A DNA stretch of 64,000 nt from a virus, in IMG/VR virus record IMGVR_UViG_3300029957_000008, positions 1 to 64,000 of that record; one strand, given 5' to 3'. The notes beneath the pieces were generated by a model. That model searched no databases, had not been told where the DNA came from, and saw nothing but the letters and a program-made list of their open reading frames with translations. The position numbers and the translations under genes are program-made. Positions within the stretch are counted from its first letter, which is position 1, and each line of letters opens with the position of its first letter. Shown one piece after another: positions 1 through 8,445 of the stretch.

Positions 1-93
1 CTGTCCTTGATGTACTTGGAAAGGCGGATGGGGTCCATTAGCGATTTCCTGACTGAGATACTCCAAATTGAGGAGACGAATCCAAACCATACG

Positions 94-396
94 TCATAGC
101 TCTTCAGCAAACCCTTTCGCCTTGCAGATTGCTAATCTAATTCCCGAGTGCAGGTCGGCCCTAACCCCGTGCGCTTCCGAAATGTCTAGTTTTCGGTCTG
201 CAACCAGCAAAACCACACCACCATCTTCGTCGCAGGTCAAGCTAGCGAACCGAGAGTGATCTTTACCGAAGAAATAAAACGACGTATCGCCGTCTTCGGA
301 GTCAACGATTCGATCACATTTGAACCCCAGGTCGGACAGCGCGAGCTTGATTCGCTCTATCGTTTCTAGCTTTTCCATCGTTACCCACGAACGCAC
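94..396 (-). CDS. hypothetical protein
   Basis: ORF co-oriented with and abutting the NADAR gene; no recognisable motif. Confidence 0.6.
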   Translation of the reverse strand: MRSWVTMEKLETIERIKLALSDLGFKCDRIVDSEDGDTSFYFFGKDHSRFASLTCDEDGGVVLLVADRKLDISEAHGVRADLHSGIRLAICKAKGFAEEL

Positions 397-399
397 GGA

Positions 400-867
400 C
401 TACTTACTGAGTTCTTCGTCTCTTATGGCCATCAACAGCTGGCCCAGCTGGTTTTGGCCAATGTTGTTGCAAACACCCCAGAACTTGTCGCCCCACCAGT
501 TGGTCTCTTCTAGGTACTTGCCCTTGGTCTCAAGAAGCATTTCCTTGAGATCTAGGTTCCTTGTGAACTTGTCTAGAAGAATGGTTTTCATGACCGACAA
601 TTTTCGGCTGTCCCAGCCGTGGATGTCGGGGATTTTTACTTGCTTACCAAAGGCCTTGGCCTCATTAGGTGAGCACTTGAAGAACAGGCTGCGGTCGCAC
701 CATAGGGCCTTTGCGGCCTGGAAGGCGTTCTCGGATGAAGGGAAGATGTCCCCCTCATACTGAACATCGCAGATGTGGTAGTTGCTCAACCACCGATAAC
801 CACCAAAGAAACCTTTGATTTCTTTGTCGTTGTATGTACTACACGCTAACACTTGTTCTCTACTCAT
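400..867 (-). CDS. NADAR family (YbiA-like) ADP-ribose/N-glycosyl hydrolase
   Basis: WLSNY...FPSSENAFQAAK...W...MKTILLDKF...LEETNWWGDKFWG...GQNQLGQLLMAIR matches the NADAR pattern. Confidence 0.9.
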   Translation of the reverse strand: MSREQVLACSTYNDKEIKGFFGGYRWLSNYHICDVQYEGDIFPSSENAFQAAKALWCDRSLFFKCSPNEAKAFGKQVKIPDIHGWDSRKLSVMKTILLDKFTRNLDLKEMLLETKGKYLEETNWWGDKFWGVCNNIGQNQLGQLLMAIRDEELSK

Positions 868-910
868 TTAAATCACCTCGGAAATAATTACGGGGTCGAA
901 GGAAGGACAT

Positions 911-920
911 CAATCTTTTA
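911..920 (+). promoter_or_regulatory. putative phage late promoter (CAATCTT motif)
   Basis: CAATCTTTTA begins 13 nt before the HNH ATG; motif recurs before structural genes. Confidence 0.55.
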
Positions 921-923
921 GGT

Positions 924-1532
924 ATGGAAGACTCTTCTATACAGAAAGAATGTACAAAATGCAAACAACTTTTACCTCTAGATACGTTTGCGGTCCGAAA
1001 GGAAAGAAACGGTGTTCGAAGGAATCAATGCAATGGCTGCAGAAAGAAACCGGAATATTACAGGAACAACAAAGAAAAAATCCAAAAGAAGAACCTAGAG
1101 CGCTACCACAAGAATCGTACAGCAATAATCGCACAAATTAGAGGATATCAAGCTTCCCACAAGGAAGAGCGTCGCGTGTGGCGAAGACTATACGAACAAA
1201 ATAGACTTAAGACAGATCCGGAATTCAAGCTCATTTTCAATATGAGGAGAAGAATTGCTATTGCCCTAAAGACTCATGGTAAGGGAGCCGGAACCCGTGA
1301 GCTTTTAGGCTGCTCCGTTGAGTTTTTATGGGCACACCTAGAATCTAAGTTCCAACCAGGAATGACAAAGGAAAACTACGGGAAGTGGCACATAGATCAC
1401 ATAAGACCCGTAGATTCCTTTGATATGTCAGACACCGCCCAACAAAGAGAGTGCTTTCATTGGTCTAACTTACAGCCACTATGGGCGGTTGATAACTGGA
1501 AGAAGGGGAATAAATACGCCCCGAAGGATTAG
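924..1532 (+). CDS. free-standing HNH homing endonuclease with N-terminal Zn ribbon
   Basis: CTKC...CNGC Zn ribbon; WHIDHIRP...CFHWSNLQPLWAVDNWKK; antisense to neighbours. Confidence 0.88.
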   Translation: MEDSSIQKECTKCKQLLPLDTFAVRKERNGVRRNQCNGCRKKPEYYRNNKEKIQKKNLERYHKNRTAIIAQIRGYQASHKEERRVWRRLYEQNRLKTDPEFKLIFNMRRRIAIALKTHGKGAGTRELLGCSVEFLWAHLESKFQPGMTKENYGKWHIDHIRPVDSFDMSDTAQQRECFHWSNLQPLWAVDNWKKGNKYAPKD

Positions 1533-2641
1533 TCCTCGTCAATCGTATCTGCTACGGGTTCCAGACTCATGAAATTCTGAGTCTTTTCCATCTCCAGCAG
1601 CTTATTCAGAATTACCTGTTGTAGGTTCTTGTCTTTGGACAGAGCCTCTAGAACGTTGGGCTTCCCCGTGAACTTGGAATCTCCTATAACATACTGACCT
1701 TTAGATGGGCGCCCAATAATCCCCCAGCTCAAGCCAAGGCGGAACACTTCCTCGTGTTGGTTGACGATCCCCTTGCCGCCTGCGAACGTAAATTCACTCA
1801 TGCGACCTTTTGGAGACATAGTCGAGTCCGTTAGCCATACATGTATTTTTTGTGCCGTTTGTTGACCATCTCCAATCATGTCTTTGCGACTTTCGTCAAC
1901 AAACTTGCGGTCTAGGGCGTCCACCTTGCCACTTGCCGTAAGGTTTTTTTCGGTATTGATAGCGAACTCACAGTGGTGCAAAACAGCATTAGCGGCGGCC
2001 GGCTTCTTCTTGTTGCCACGCTTGATCTCCCACGGATCCATTTCATCCCGTGCGTGGGCAATCATAACCAGAGCAATCCGCTTCTTCCTTTGCGTCTCTA
2101 TGATACTTTTGAGCCCAACACCCATGGTAACAGCGTGGTCTCCGATTTGATGCTGCGAAACGGACTCCTGGTCAGCTTCACGACGCCCTAGGATGTCGGA
2201 AATTGAGTCAATACCAATAAGAGGAATGTCGGCACCCTCCTCAATCAACTCTCGAACCTCGTTCTTCATCCGGTCGAAGATCTGTTCGGGGCGATTCACC
2301 TGATAGACAATAAAGCGGTCGAGATCGATTCCGTACCCCCGAGCCATTTCCTCGTCAAGCTGACCAAGATCGCGAAACTCTGTATCAAACTTGATGACAA
2401 TGGCATTGGGGTTCTCGCGCATTGTATTTCCCGCCATATCATAAAACAAAACTGACTTACACGATTTTCTAACACCCCACAGAAGAGTGCTGAACCCGCG
2501 AGGCATGCCATGAGTCCTACCAAACAGCCAGTTAAATCCTGGACTGCTGGATCTAATCAAATTCTCGGGAGCCCAAGGATCCCAACGGTCCGTAATTGCC
2601 CCTTCAAGTCGTCGTAATTTCGCTGCGAATTTATTTGCCAC
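1529..2641 (-). CDS. uvsX: RecA/UvsX-like recombinase
   Basis: P-loop GVRKSCKS, FDTE, GIDLDR, Walker B IGIDSI, LVMIAHARD; GTG start with upstream GAGG. Confidence 0.85.
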   Translation of the reverse strand: MANKFAAKLRRLEGAITDRWDPWAPENLIRSSSPGFNWLFGRTHGMPRGFSTLLWGVRKSCKSVLFYDMAGNTMRENPNAIVIKFDTEFRDLGQLDEEMARGYGIDLDRFIVYQVNRPEQIFDRMKNEVRELIEEGADIPLIGIDSISDILGRREADQESVSQHQIGDHAVTMGVGLKSIIETQRKKRIALVMIAHARDEMDPWEIKRGNKKKPAAANAVLHHCEFAINTEKNLTASGKVDALDRKFVDESRKDMIGDGQQTAQKIHVWLTDSTMSPKGRMSEFTFAGGKGIVNQHEEVFRLGLSWGIIGRPSKGQYVIGDSKFTGKPNVLEALSKDKNLQQVILNKLLEMEKTQNFMSLEPVADTIDED

Positions 2642-2675
2642 TGTGTGATTCCTCTAATTGTGTAACGTTGTTAAG

Positions 2676-2763
2676 TCGACCACCCAGCGTCCGTCAGCCC
2701 CAACTACGTAGCTATCGCAATTGTTATCTTGCAAGGATAGACTGACGGATGCAAGATGGTCGA
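2676..2763 (-). ncRNA. structured intergenic RNA element (about 25-bp stem) upstream of uvsX
   Basis: 2676-2700 pairs with 2739-2763 with 2 mismatches; G-U wobbles favour the minus strand. Confidence 0.55.
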
Positions 2764-2768
2764 AGTTT

Positions 2769-3359
2769 CTACTTGTATCCTTCTGGTAAATCAAATGGGT
2801 CGTCTGACATTTTTTGTTTTGGTTCTAAACTTCTTTTAGGCGCTGCAAACGGCTGGGGTCTATTCCCATCGCCAGGATGGCTTAAAGGTAACTGTCCAGC
2901 CGCGACCAGCTTCTTTACACTGCTAAAGCCTTCCTTAAACGCTTCCTGCTTGCCTGACAGGTACATGAGCATCACTCGAATCTCATCCAGCCTATCCTTG
3001 CCCTTGGTAACTCTGTCGTCTGTATCCACCAAAGCATTCCTCAGGTCTGCGGACGGCTTTGTATGGCCCTTGGCCTTTAAGAAGTCCGCTGTGCAGTCCA
3101 GCAACGCTTCGGCCCTGGCTCTAGTAAGGGCGTTGTCCGCAAACAGCTTTTCTTTTGTAAGGACTGTTACTAAATGCTGCAGCTCTAACCAAGCTCTATT
3201 AAATGCCGTAAGTAGCTCCGCAGCATTATGGATATTGACTGTGGCTACTTCCTGTAGCCTGACTTCGGCCTTGACTATCTCCTCAATATTAATCCCTATC
3301 AGGCGGCCACTGCCATCACCTGCAGGAATTAGGTATGAGGTTTCAGTAAATGTGTCCAT
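2769..3359 (-). CDS. UvsY-like recombination mediator
   Basis: helical protein; ALVDTDDRV...LMYLSGKQEAFKEGFSSVKKL resembles the UvsY C-terminus; lies between SSB and UvsX. Confidence 0.5.
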   Translation of the reverse strand: MDTFTETSYLIPAGDGSGRLIGINIEEIVKAEVRLQEVATVNIHNAAELLTAFNRAWLELQHLVTVLTKEKLFADNALTRARAEALLDCTADFLKAKGHTKPSADLRNALVDTDDRVTKGKDRLDEIRVMLMYLSGKQEAFKEGFSSVKKLVAAGQLPLSHPGDGNRPQPFAAPKRSLEPKQKMSDDPFDLPEGYK

Positions 3360-3368
3360 GGAAAAAGG

Positions 3369-3426
3369 GTCCTAGGTGGCTAAGCTGAAAGGAAGGAGAT
3401 CGAAAAAGAACCCAACCACCTAGGAC
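3369..3426 (-). promoter_or_regulatory. 18-bp RNA hairpin with pyrimidine-rich loop followed by U-tract (terminator/attenuator or translational switch)
   Basis: minus strand GTCCTAGGTGGTTGGGTT / AGCTTAGCCACCTAGGAC, then CCTTTTT and ATG. Confidence 0.6.
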
Positions 3427-3433
3427 AAATTAG

Positions 3434-4687
3434 TTAACCAAAGATGTCGTCGAACTGACTCGAAGCATCCGCCGTATTTTCAGCCACTGGCTGTGTTTCG
3501 GCGGGCTTAGCAGGCTCTGGAGCTGCCTTAGCAGGTTCCGGCTTGGTCTCAGGCTTTACTTCTGCCTTAACTTCTGCCTTAACTTCTGCCTTAACTTCTG
3601 CCTTAACTTCTGCCTTGACTTCGGCTTTCGCCTTAGGTGTTTCAGCAGCAGTAACTGGCTCGCTCTTGGTATCAATTCCCGTAGGAACGCCATCAGCAAA
3701 CGGATCCTCAACCGTTTCAGTCTTGACAGGAGCAGGCTTACTAGACCCACGCTTGCCCATCACACTGTCAACAAACTCAGGATCGCAGCTTCCACCACAA
3801 TCACGAACGTGTTGAACTAGAGTAGCCACCTTCTCATCGCTAAGACGAAGCTCTTCAATCTGCTCAATAAGACAAGGAAGGACTTCCTTAGCCTGCTCAA
3901 GAACCTCATCCGAAACAGTGTGGAAGTCAGGAACCATGGCCCCATCATCGCCAAACTCGACGGTATTCAAGATAGCATCGTCGGAATCTGGCGAGGCTGG
4001 GCCGGTACGAAGGAACTTGAAGAAAACACCGACACGACCATTGGCCTTAATGGCCACCTTACGGTCGCCAGCAATACGCTTAGGGTATTCCCGTGTTTCA
4101 ATTTCCTTGATGGAACGGTCCAGCCTCTTCTTCATATTGTAAGGAATCTGGAAGATGCCAAGTGCACCAGTCTTGCTGGTAACATACAGGCGGTACTTCG
4201 AGTCTGTACCGTGAGCCTTGAGCCAGTTAAACAAAGGCTCCTGGATGGCCTTGTATTTCTCTGAGATCTTGGTTAGTCCGGCCGCAATCTGGGCATCGGT
4301 CATACCTTGAGCCTTAGCTGCAGTGCGAGCCTTGTCCATCGCTTGCGTTTCGTCAGCCTTAGCTGCATTGAACTTAGCCTGGTACTCACCACGCAACTGG
4401 CACATAGGGCATTCCTTGATGGTCATTCCCTGGCGCTTCTCTTCAATACAAAGGAATGGACGGTAAGCGGGCTTCGAGGGGTCACTGAGATTGCGACCTA
4501 CAAGACCGTAGTGCTGCTTGACAAAGACTGCGTAGTCTCGCTTCTTGAGCAGCCCCTTCATGGAAGGGAGAATTCGGAACAACTGGACGTCATCAGCTTT
4601 CTTCATCTTGAAGAACTGGTAGCCGTGGCTACCACCTGAAGCTGCGTCATAACCTGCGGGCAATGCCAATGGATCGATTTCACTCAT
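3434..4687 (-). CDS. single-stranded DNA-binding protein (gp32-like)
   Basis: FRILP, QHYG, C...CPMC, acidic tail FDDIFG; adjacent to recombinase genes. Confidence 0.7.
   Translation of the reverse strand: MSEIDPLALPAGYDAASGGSHGYQFFKMKKADDVQLFRILPSMKGLLKKRDYAVFVKQHYGLVGRNLSDPSKPAYRPFLCIEEKRQGMTIKECPMCQLRGEYQAKFNAAKADETQAMDKARTAAKAQGMTDAQIAAGLTKISEKYKAIQEPLFNWLKAHGTDSKYRLYVTSKTGALGIFQIPYNMKKRLDRSIKEIETREYPKRIAGDRKVAIKANGRVGVFFKFLRTGPASPDSDDAILNTVEFGDDGAMVPDFHTVSDEVLEQAKEVLPCLIEQIEELRLSDEKVATLVQHVRDCGGSCDPEFVDSVMGKRGSSKPAPVKTETVEDPFADGVPTGIDTKSEPVTAAETPKAKAEVKAEVKAEVKAEVKAEVKAEVKPETKPEPAKAAPEPAKPAETQPVAENTADASSQFDDIFG
3555..3628 (-). repeat. 12-bp tandem repeat encoding (KAEV)x6 in the SSB linker
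   Basis: (ttaacttctgcc)n visible on + strand. Confidence 0.9.
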
Positions 4688-4698
4688 TTTGTTTCTCC

Positions 4699-5436
4699 TT
4701 AATCCTCGTTCGTGGCATTATCGCCAGATTGTGAGGGTTTAAATAGTTTCACTACTGAATTTTTGCTAACTTGAAAGTCTTTGTCGAAATCTACTGTCGT
4801 AGAGCGTGAGAATAGGATGTTGATAAGAGCTTTTTCTTCTGGACTTGATACGTCTGTAACTAAGATTGGTATTACCTTCGCTTCAAGTGCCTTGCTAATC
4901 AGTTCCTCTGAGAGCGTCTTCTTGAGGTAGGCCATGCTTAGGGTATCCTGAGCGCAACCCCTAACCAGCTTACGGATGTGGTTTACTGTGGCCCTAGTGT
5001 CGGGACAAATCTGTGAGGAGAAGGTAGGCGCTGGCATCTCATTCAATTCAACCATAGCCATAATGTCTCTTAGGACATCACTGAGTCGCCCAAACTGAGT
5101 CGTCCCAAACTCTCGCCCCCTGTAATAAGAAGGCTCTACCGCATCGGCGATCTTCTTGTACATCGCATTTGCATCTAGAACCATCCCACCACTACTCGTT
5201 AGGATCTCAGCCACCTTACTAATCGCCGATTCATCGCCCGTGGCGAATACGGCGATTAAGCGGTGGGGAATGGTCGAATTCTTGAATTCTTCCAACAACT
5301 TAGGAAGTCTCTCGCAAGCATTCCTAATGGCAACTCCCATTCCTCCACGATACTTGTAATTTACGTCATCCAACTTAGTAATCGCTAGCTTTTCAGTCTC
5401 TCTGATGTCTTTGATAATGTCTCGAATCTCTCTCAT
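4699..5436 (-). CDS. hypothetical protein, possibly degenerate NMP-kinase fold
   Basis: VLDANAMYKKIA resembles cytidylate-kinase LDTGAMYR, but no intact P-loop. Confidence 0.55.
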   Translation of the reverse strand: MREIRDIIKDIRETEKLAITKLDDVNYKYRGGMGVAIRNACERLPKLLEEFKNSTIPHRLIAVFATGDESAISKVAEILTSSGGMVLDANAMYKKIADAVEPSYYRGREFGTTQFGRLSDVLRDIMAMVELNEMPAPTFSSQICPDTRATVNHIRKLVRGCAQDTLSMAYLKKTLSEELISKALEAKVIPILVTDVSSPEEKALINILFSRSTTVDFDKDFQVSKNSVVKLFKPSQSGDNATNED

Positions 5437-5457
5437 GTGTGTCCTTTGTATTTGTGA

Positions 5458-5486
5458 ATTATACCTTTAATAACTTGCGGTGTCAA
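5458..5486 (-). promoter_or_regulatory. sigma70-type promoter
   Basis: perfect TTGACA-17-TATAAT. Confidence 0.85.
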
Positions 5487-5695
5487 CCACTATGGCAATT
5501 TACGTTTTCTTCCTCATCAAAAAGCCCGCGTCCAAGAAACCGAAGGACATCATCAAAGGCATAAAACCTGTCACCGTAGCCTCCATCAACCTCTTTTGTA
5601 GCCTTGTACAGCGTTTCCTGATTCGCAATCGCAGCTACCCGACACTGAAGTAAAAACTTAACCAGTTTATCTCTGCTAATAGGATTATTCTCCAT
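5483..5695 (-). CDS. small protein, tandem paralog 3
   Basis: PISRDKLVKFL...GLFDEEE. Confidence 0.65.
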   Translation of the reverse strand: MENNPISRDKLVKFLLQCRVAAIANQETLYKATKEVDGGYGDRFYAFDDVLRFLGRGLFDEEENVNCHSG

Positions 5696-5702
5696 CTCAA
5701 TC

Positions 5703-5915
5703 CTAGTTCAAAAACTTCTTGTCTGTCGCTTCATCTTCATCAAACTCACCGGACTCAACCAGCTCCAGCAAGTCCCTAACCATGTCAAGATTGAACTCCT
5801 CAAGTGCCGCCCCAAGCCAGTCCTTGTCGGCAATCTTCTCTTCCATGTCCTTTTGGGCCAGGACCGCAGCAGCAGCCAAAAACTCCACCAAAGCCTTCTT
5901 GTTAATAGTCTTCAT
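5703..5915 (-). CDS. small protein, tandem paralog 2
   Basis: TINKKALVEFL...ESGEFDEDE; AGGAG RBS. Confidence 0.7.
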   Translation of the reverse strand: MKTINKKALVEFLAAAAVLAQKDMEEKIADKDWLGAALEEFNLDMVRDLLELVESGEFDEDEATDKKFLN

Positions 5916-5917
5916 AG

Positions 5918-6133
5918 TTACTCCTTGACGTCGACGTCGAATAACCCAGACTCAATAAGTGTGATCATCTCGTGCGCCATATCAAATTCAAATTTAGCCA
6001 CTTCCATATCGATAGGATTTTTTGATTTCTTACTTGCGAGGAGATCTTCGCTTCCAAGCTCGGCGGCTTCCCTCCAAAAGGCCAGCATGAACTCCTTGTC
6101 AATCTGCTTCTTTACTTCCGTCTTTGTTTCCAT
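5918..6133 (-). CDS. small protein, tandem paralog 1
   Basis: QIDKEFMLAFW...ESGLFDVD. Confidence 0.65.
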   Translation of the reverse strand: METKTEVKKQIDKEFMLAFWREAAELGSEDLLASKKSKNPIDMEVAKFEFDMAHEMITLIESGLFDVDVKE

Positions 6134-8444
6134 CTTTAGTCTCTTCCTTTGTGTTTAATGGTTCTCTAATTACCTTCAGTTCCCTAACTGCAAAATCGGT
6201 TCTACCCGAACTCTTGTTAATGATCATCGCTACGATGCTGCCCGCCTCAACCCTCTTTAGCTCCCCCGGCAACGATCCATCTCTACCCGGCCAGTAAACC
6301 ATCTCCTTTTTAATGCCGTCCACCTCGACAAAGAACTTGCAAGCCTCTTTCTCCTTGCCCGGCCCATAGTTAAAGTACTTCTTGCGCTTGTCGCTGTCCC
6401 ACGGCTCTACATATGCAATTATACCACAACGGTAGTTCTTTTCAACAAATCCTTCACTGGTTTCTAATTCTTCTAGTCGTTTCCCACCCACCACCGGGTC
6501 AAAGGTGGATTCCTCCTTGCCGCTGTCATAGGAATAAGCCCGGTACTTGAACCTAAGAGCCCTACCTTCTACTACTAAATACTCGGGCAAGCCTATCTGC
6601 ATTACTAATGGCCGAAGGTCCGCCCCAAAGGGCGGGAGAACGGCCTTTTTAGCTTGGTATCGCCCCAAGGCATCCAATGAGGGCAACTTCTTACTAGGCT
6701 TGGCATACTTAACGCCCTCAAGGGCGTGCAGTTCCTTCATCGTCGCATGGTACTCTTCAATGCACGCCGAAAGAGTCTTGTCAGGCCCAAAGAAAGCCTC
6801 CATCGACCCAGCATAAAGCATGTTGTGGATCTTGCCAATATCTAGGGCGCTACGCCCCCAAGCAGTAACTTTTTTGGTAGTGCCGTCTTCTTCAGTTTTA
6901 GTCTTTTCTACTAGATTGGACTTCCTGTGATTAATAATGGCTTGACAGAATGACTTTAAGTCGGCATACGGCGCTGAATGCGCAAGCTGATTGTGCGCCG
7001 CTTCGCCCATGCCAAACAACATGGAAATGGGCGCACGGATTTTGTCACCTTCAATCTCCCAGTCACCCTTGGACAACTTGATGTCAGGGAGAAGAACTAG
7101 GTTACCACAGTACTTCCAGAAGCGTGTGTCAATCTCCTCTTTGGTGGCTGAGCGGAGGACCGCACACCACCATTCTAGAGGGTAGTAGTGCTTGAGCCAC
7201 AGGCAGGCGTAGGAGAGGGTAACATACGAGACCGCGTGGCTCTTGTTGAAGGAATATTTTGCAAAGGTGATAATTGAGTCCCACACAGCTTGTGCGGACT
7301 CCTTACCGACCTTAGACGTTGCTCTTTCAATGAAGAAAGTGTACGCCTTTTCCATCGCGGCCAGCTTTTTCTTGCCCGCGTTGCCTCGGAACTCCTCTGC
7401 TTCGGCAAGAGTGCATCCTGTCAGCTCCTGATACACCCTCATTAGAGACTCTTGGTAGATCATCAACCCCTTGGTCTCAGGGCAGAGGGCGTCCATCTCT
7501 TTGATGATGTCTGGACTGGGAGCTAGTCCTTTGGCCCGTCGGGAGTACTCGACGAGGACGCTGTGCTTCTGTGTTGGGCTATCAAAATTAGTAACTAGGT
7601 AGTCTAGTGGGCCGGGGCGGTCCAAAGCTGTAAAGATGGCCATGTCACTAATACTGTTGATAATTCCATTGAAGTACTTTAGACACTGCCTGGCCGAATT
7701 CGAGTCGAACTGGAAGACCGTTTCGACCTTACCACTACAAAGGTCGGCGAACACCTCAGGTTCTTGAGGGAGATCCCAAATGTCGTGAAGGGCTCCTTCC
7801 TTACCCGGAACAATCCTAAGTCCTGGAACCAGCGACCCATTGAGCTTCTGATCCTGTGGTTTACCGCCAAGATGGCGGCTTTGGATAATCTTGATGGCTA
7901 TTTGAACATCCTTGACGGCATTTACGGTCAGGAAGTCCATCTTAATGGCCCCAACGCTCTCACATTCAGGGCCAGTAAAGGAGAGAGCTTTTACACCTCC
8001 GACCTGGGTCGTTGGAATGAATTCATCTATGGGTTCGTTACTAATCACATATCCGGCCGCATGACGGCCGCGACTGCGCCACAAGGAAAGGGAGTCTTTA
8101 ACTACCTCCCACTGCTTGGGGTACTTGTAGATGTATTCCTGGAGATTCTTGTCAATCTCGATACTGCCAGGGACTTCGCCTTCAGGAGATGTGTAACCCA
8201 TGATGAACCGCTCATCACTGAGTCCTTGAGGGGGGACGAGAAAGCCCTTGCACATCCTTTCAATATCGGGCGGGACACTACCCATTACGGCTCTAGCTAC
8301 GTCGCGTACGGCGTTTTTGAGCCGTAGGGTGTTGATGGTACCGATCTGAGCGAAGTGGTCGGGGAAGCGATTCTGAAGCCAACCCTCCCAGTGGGGCTTG
8401 AGTGTTCCGGTCTTGGAGTTGTTTGTGATTTCGGTGAATTTCAT
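6099..8444 (-). CDS. dnaE: DNA polymerase III alpha (DnaE), C-terminal half
   Basis: AQIGT, GRHAAG, KMDFL, TVFQF, RPGP, IYQE, YSFNKSH, WLKHYYP. Confidence 0.92.
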   Translation of the reverse strand: MKFTEITNNSKTGTLKPHWEGWLQNRFPDHFAQIGTINTLRLKNAVRDVARAVMGSVPPDIERMCKGFLVPPQGLSDERFIMGYTSPEGEVPGSIEIDKNLQEYIYKYPKQWEVVKDSLSLWRSRGRHAAGYVISNEPIDEFIPTTQVGGVKALSFTGPECESVGAIKMDFLTVNAVKDVQIAIKIIQSRHLGGKPQDQKLNGSLVPGLRIVPGKEGALHDIWDLPQEPEVFADLCSGKVETVFQFDSNSARQCLKYFNGIINSISDMAIFTALDRPGPLDYLVTNFDSPTQKHSVLVEYSRRAKGLAPSPDIIKEMDALCPETKGLMIYQESLMRVYQELTGCTLAEAEEFRGNAGKKKLAAMEKAYTFFIERATSKVGKESAQAVWDSIITFAKYSFNKSHAVSYVTLSYACLWLKHYYPLEWWCAVLRSATKEEIDTRFWKYCGNLVLLPDIKLSKGDWEIEGDKIRAPISMLFGMGEAAHNQLAHSAPYADLKSFCQAIINHRKSNLVEKTKTEEDGTTKKVTAWGRSALDIGKIHNMLYAGSMEAFFGPDKTLSACIEEYHATMKELHALEGVKYAKPSKKLPSLDALGRYQAKKAVLPPFGADLRPLVMQIGLPEYLVVEGRALRFKYRAYSYDSGKEESTFDPVVGGKRLEELETSEGFVEKNYRCGIIAYVEPWDSDKRKKYFNYGPGKEKEACKFFVEVDGIKKEMVYWPGRDGSLPGELKRVEAGSIVAMIINKSSGRTDFAVRELKVIREPLNTKEETKDGNKDGSKEAD

Positions 8445-8445
8445 C

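Noticed and set aside
2452-2478. Non-canonical P-loop GVRKSCKS as a sign of an inactive recombinase
   Set aside because: UvsX-type recombinases also lack Gly at this position (T4 UvsX has SFKS), so it is not evidence of inactivity.
3555-3628. KAEV repeat as a novel element
   Set aside because: In-frame low-complexity linker expansion typical of SSB tails.
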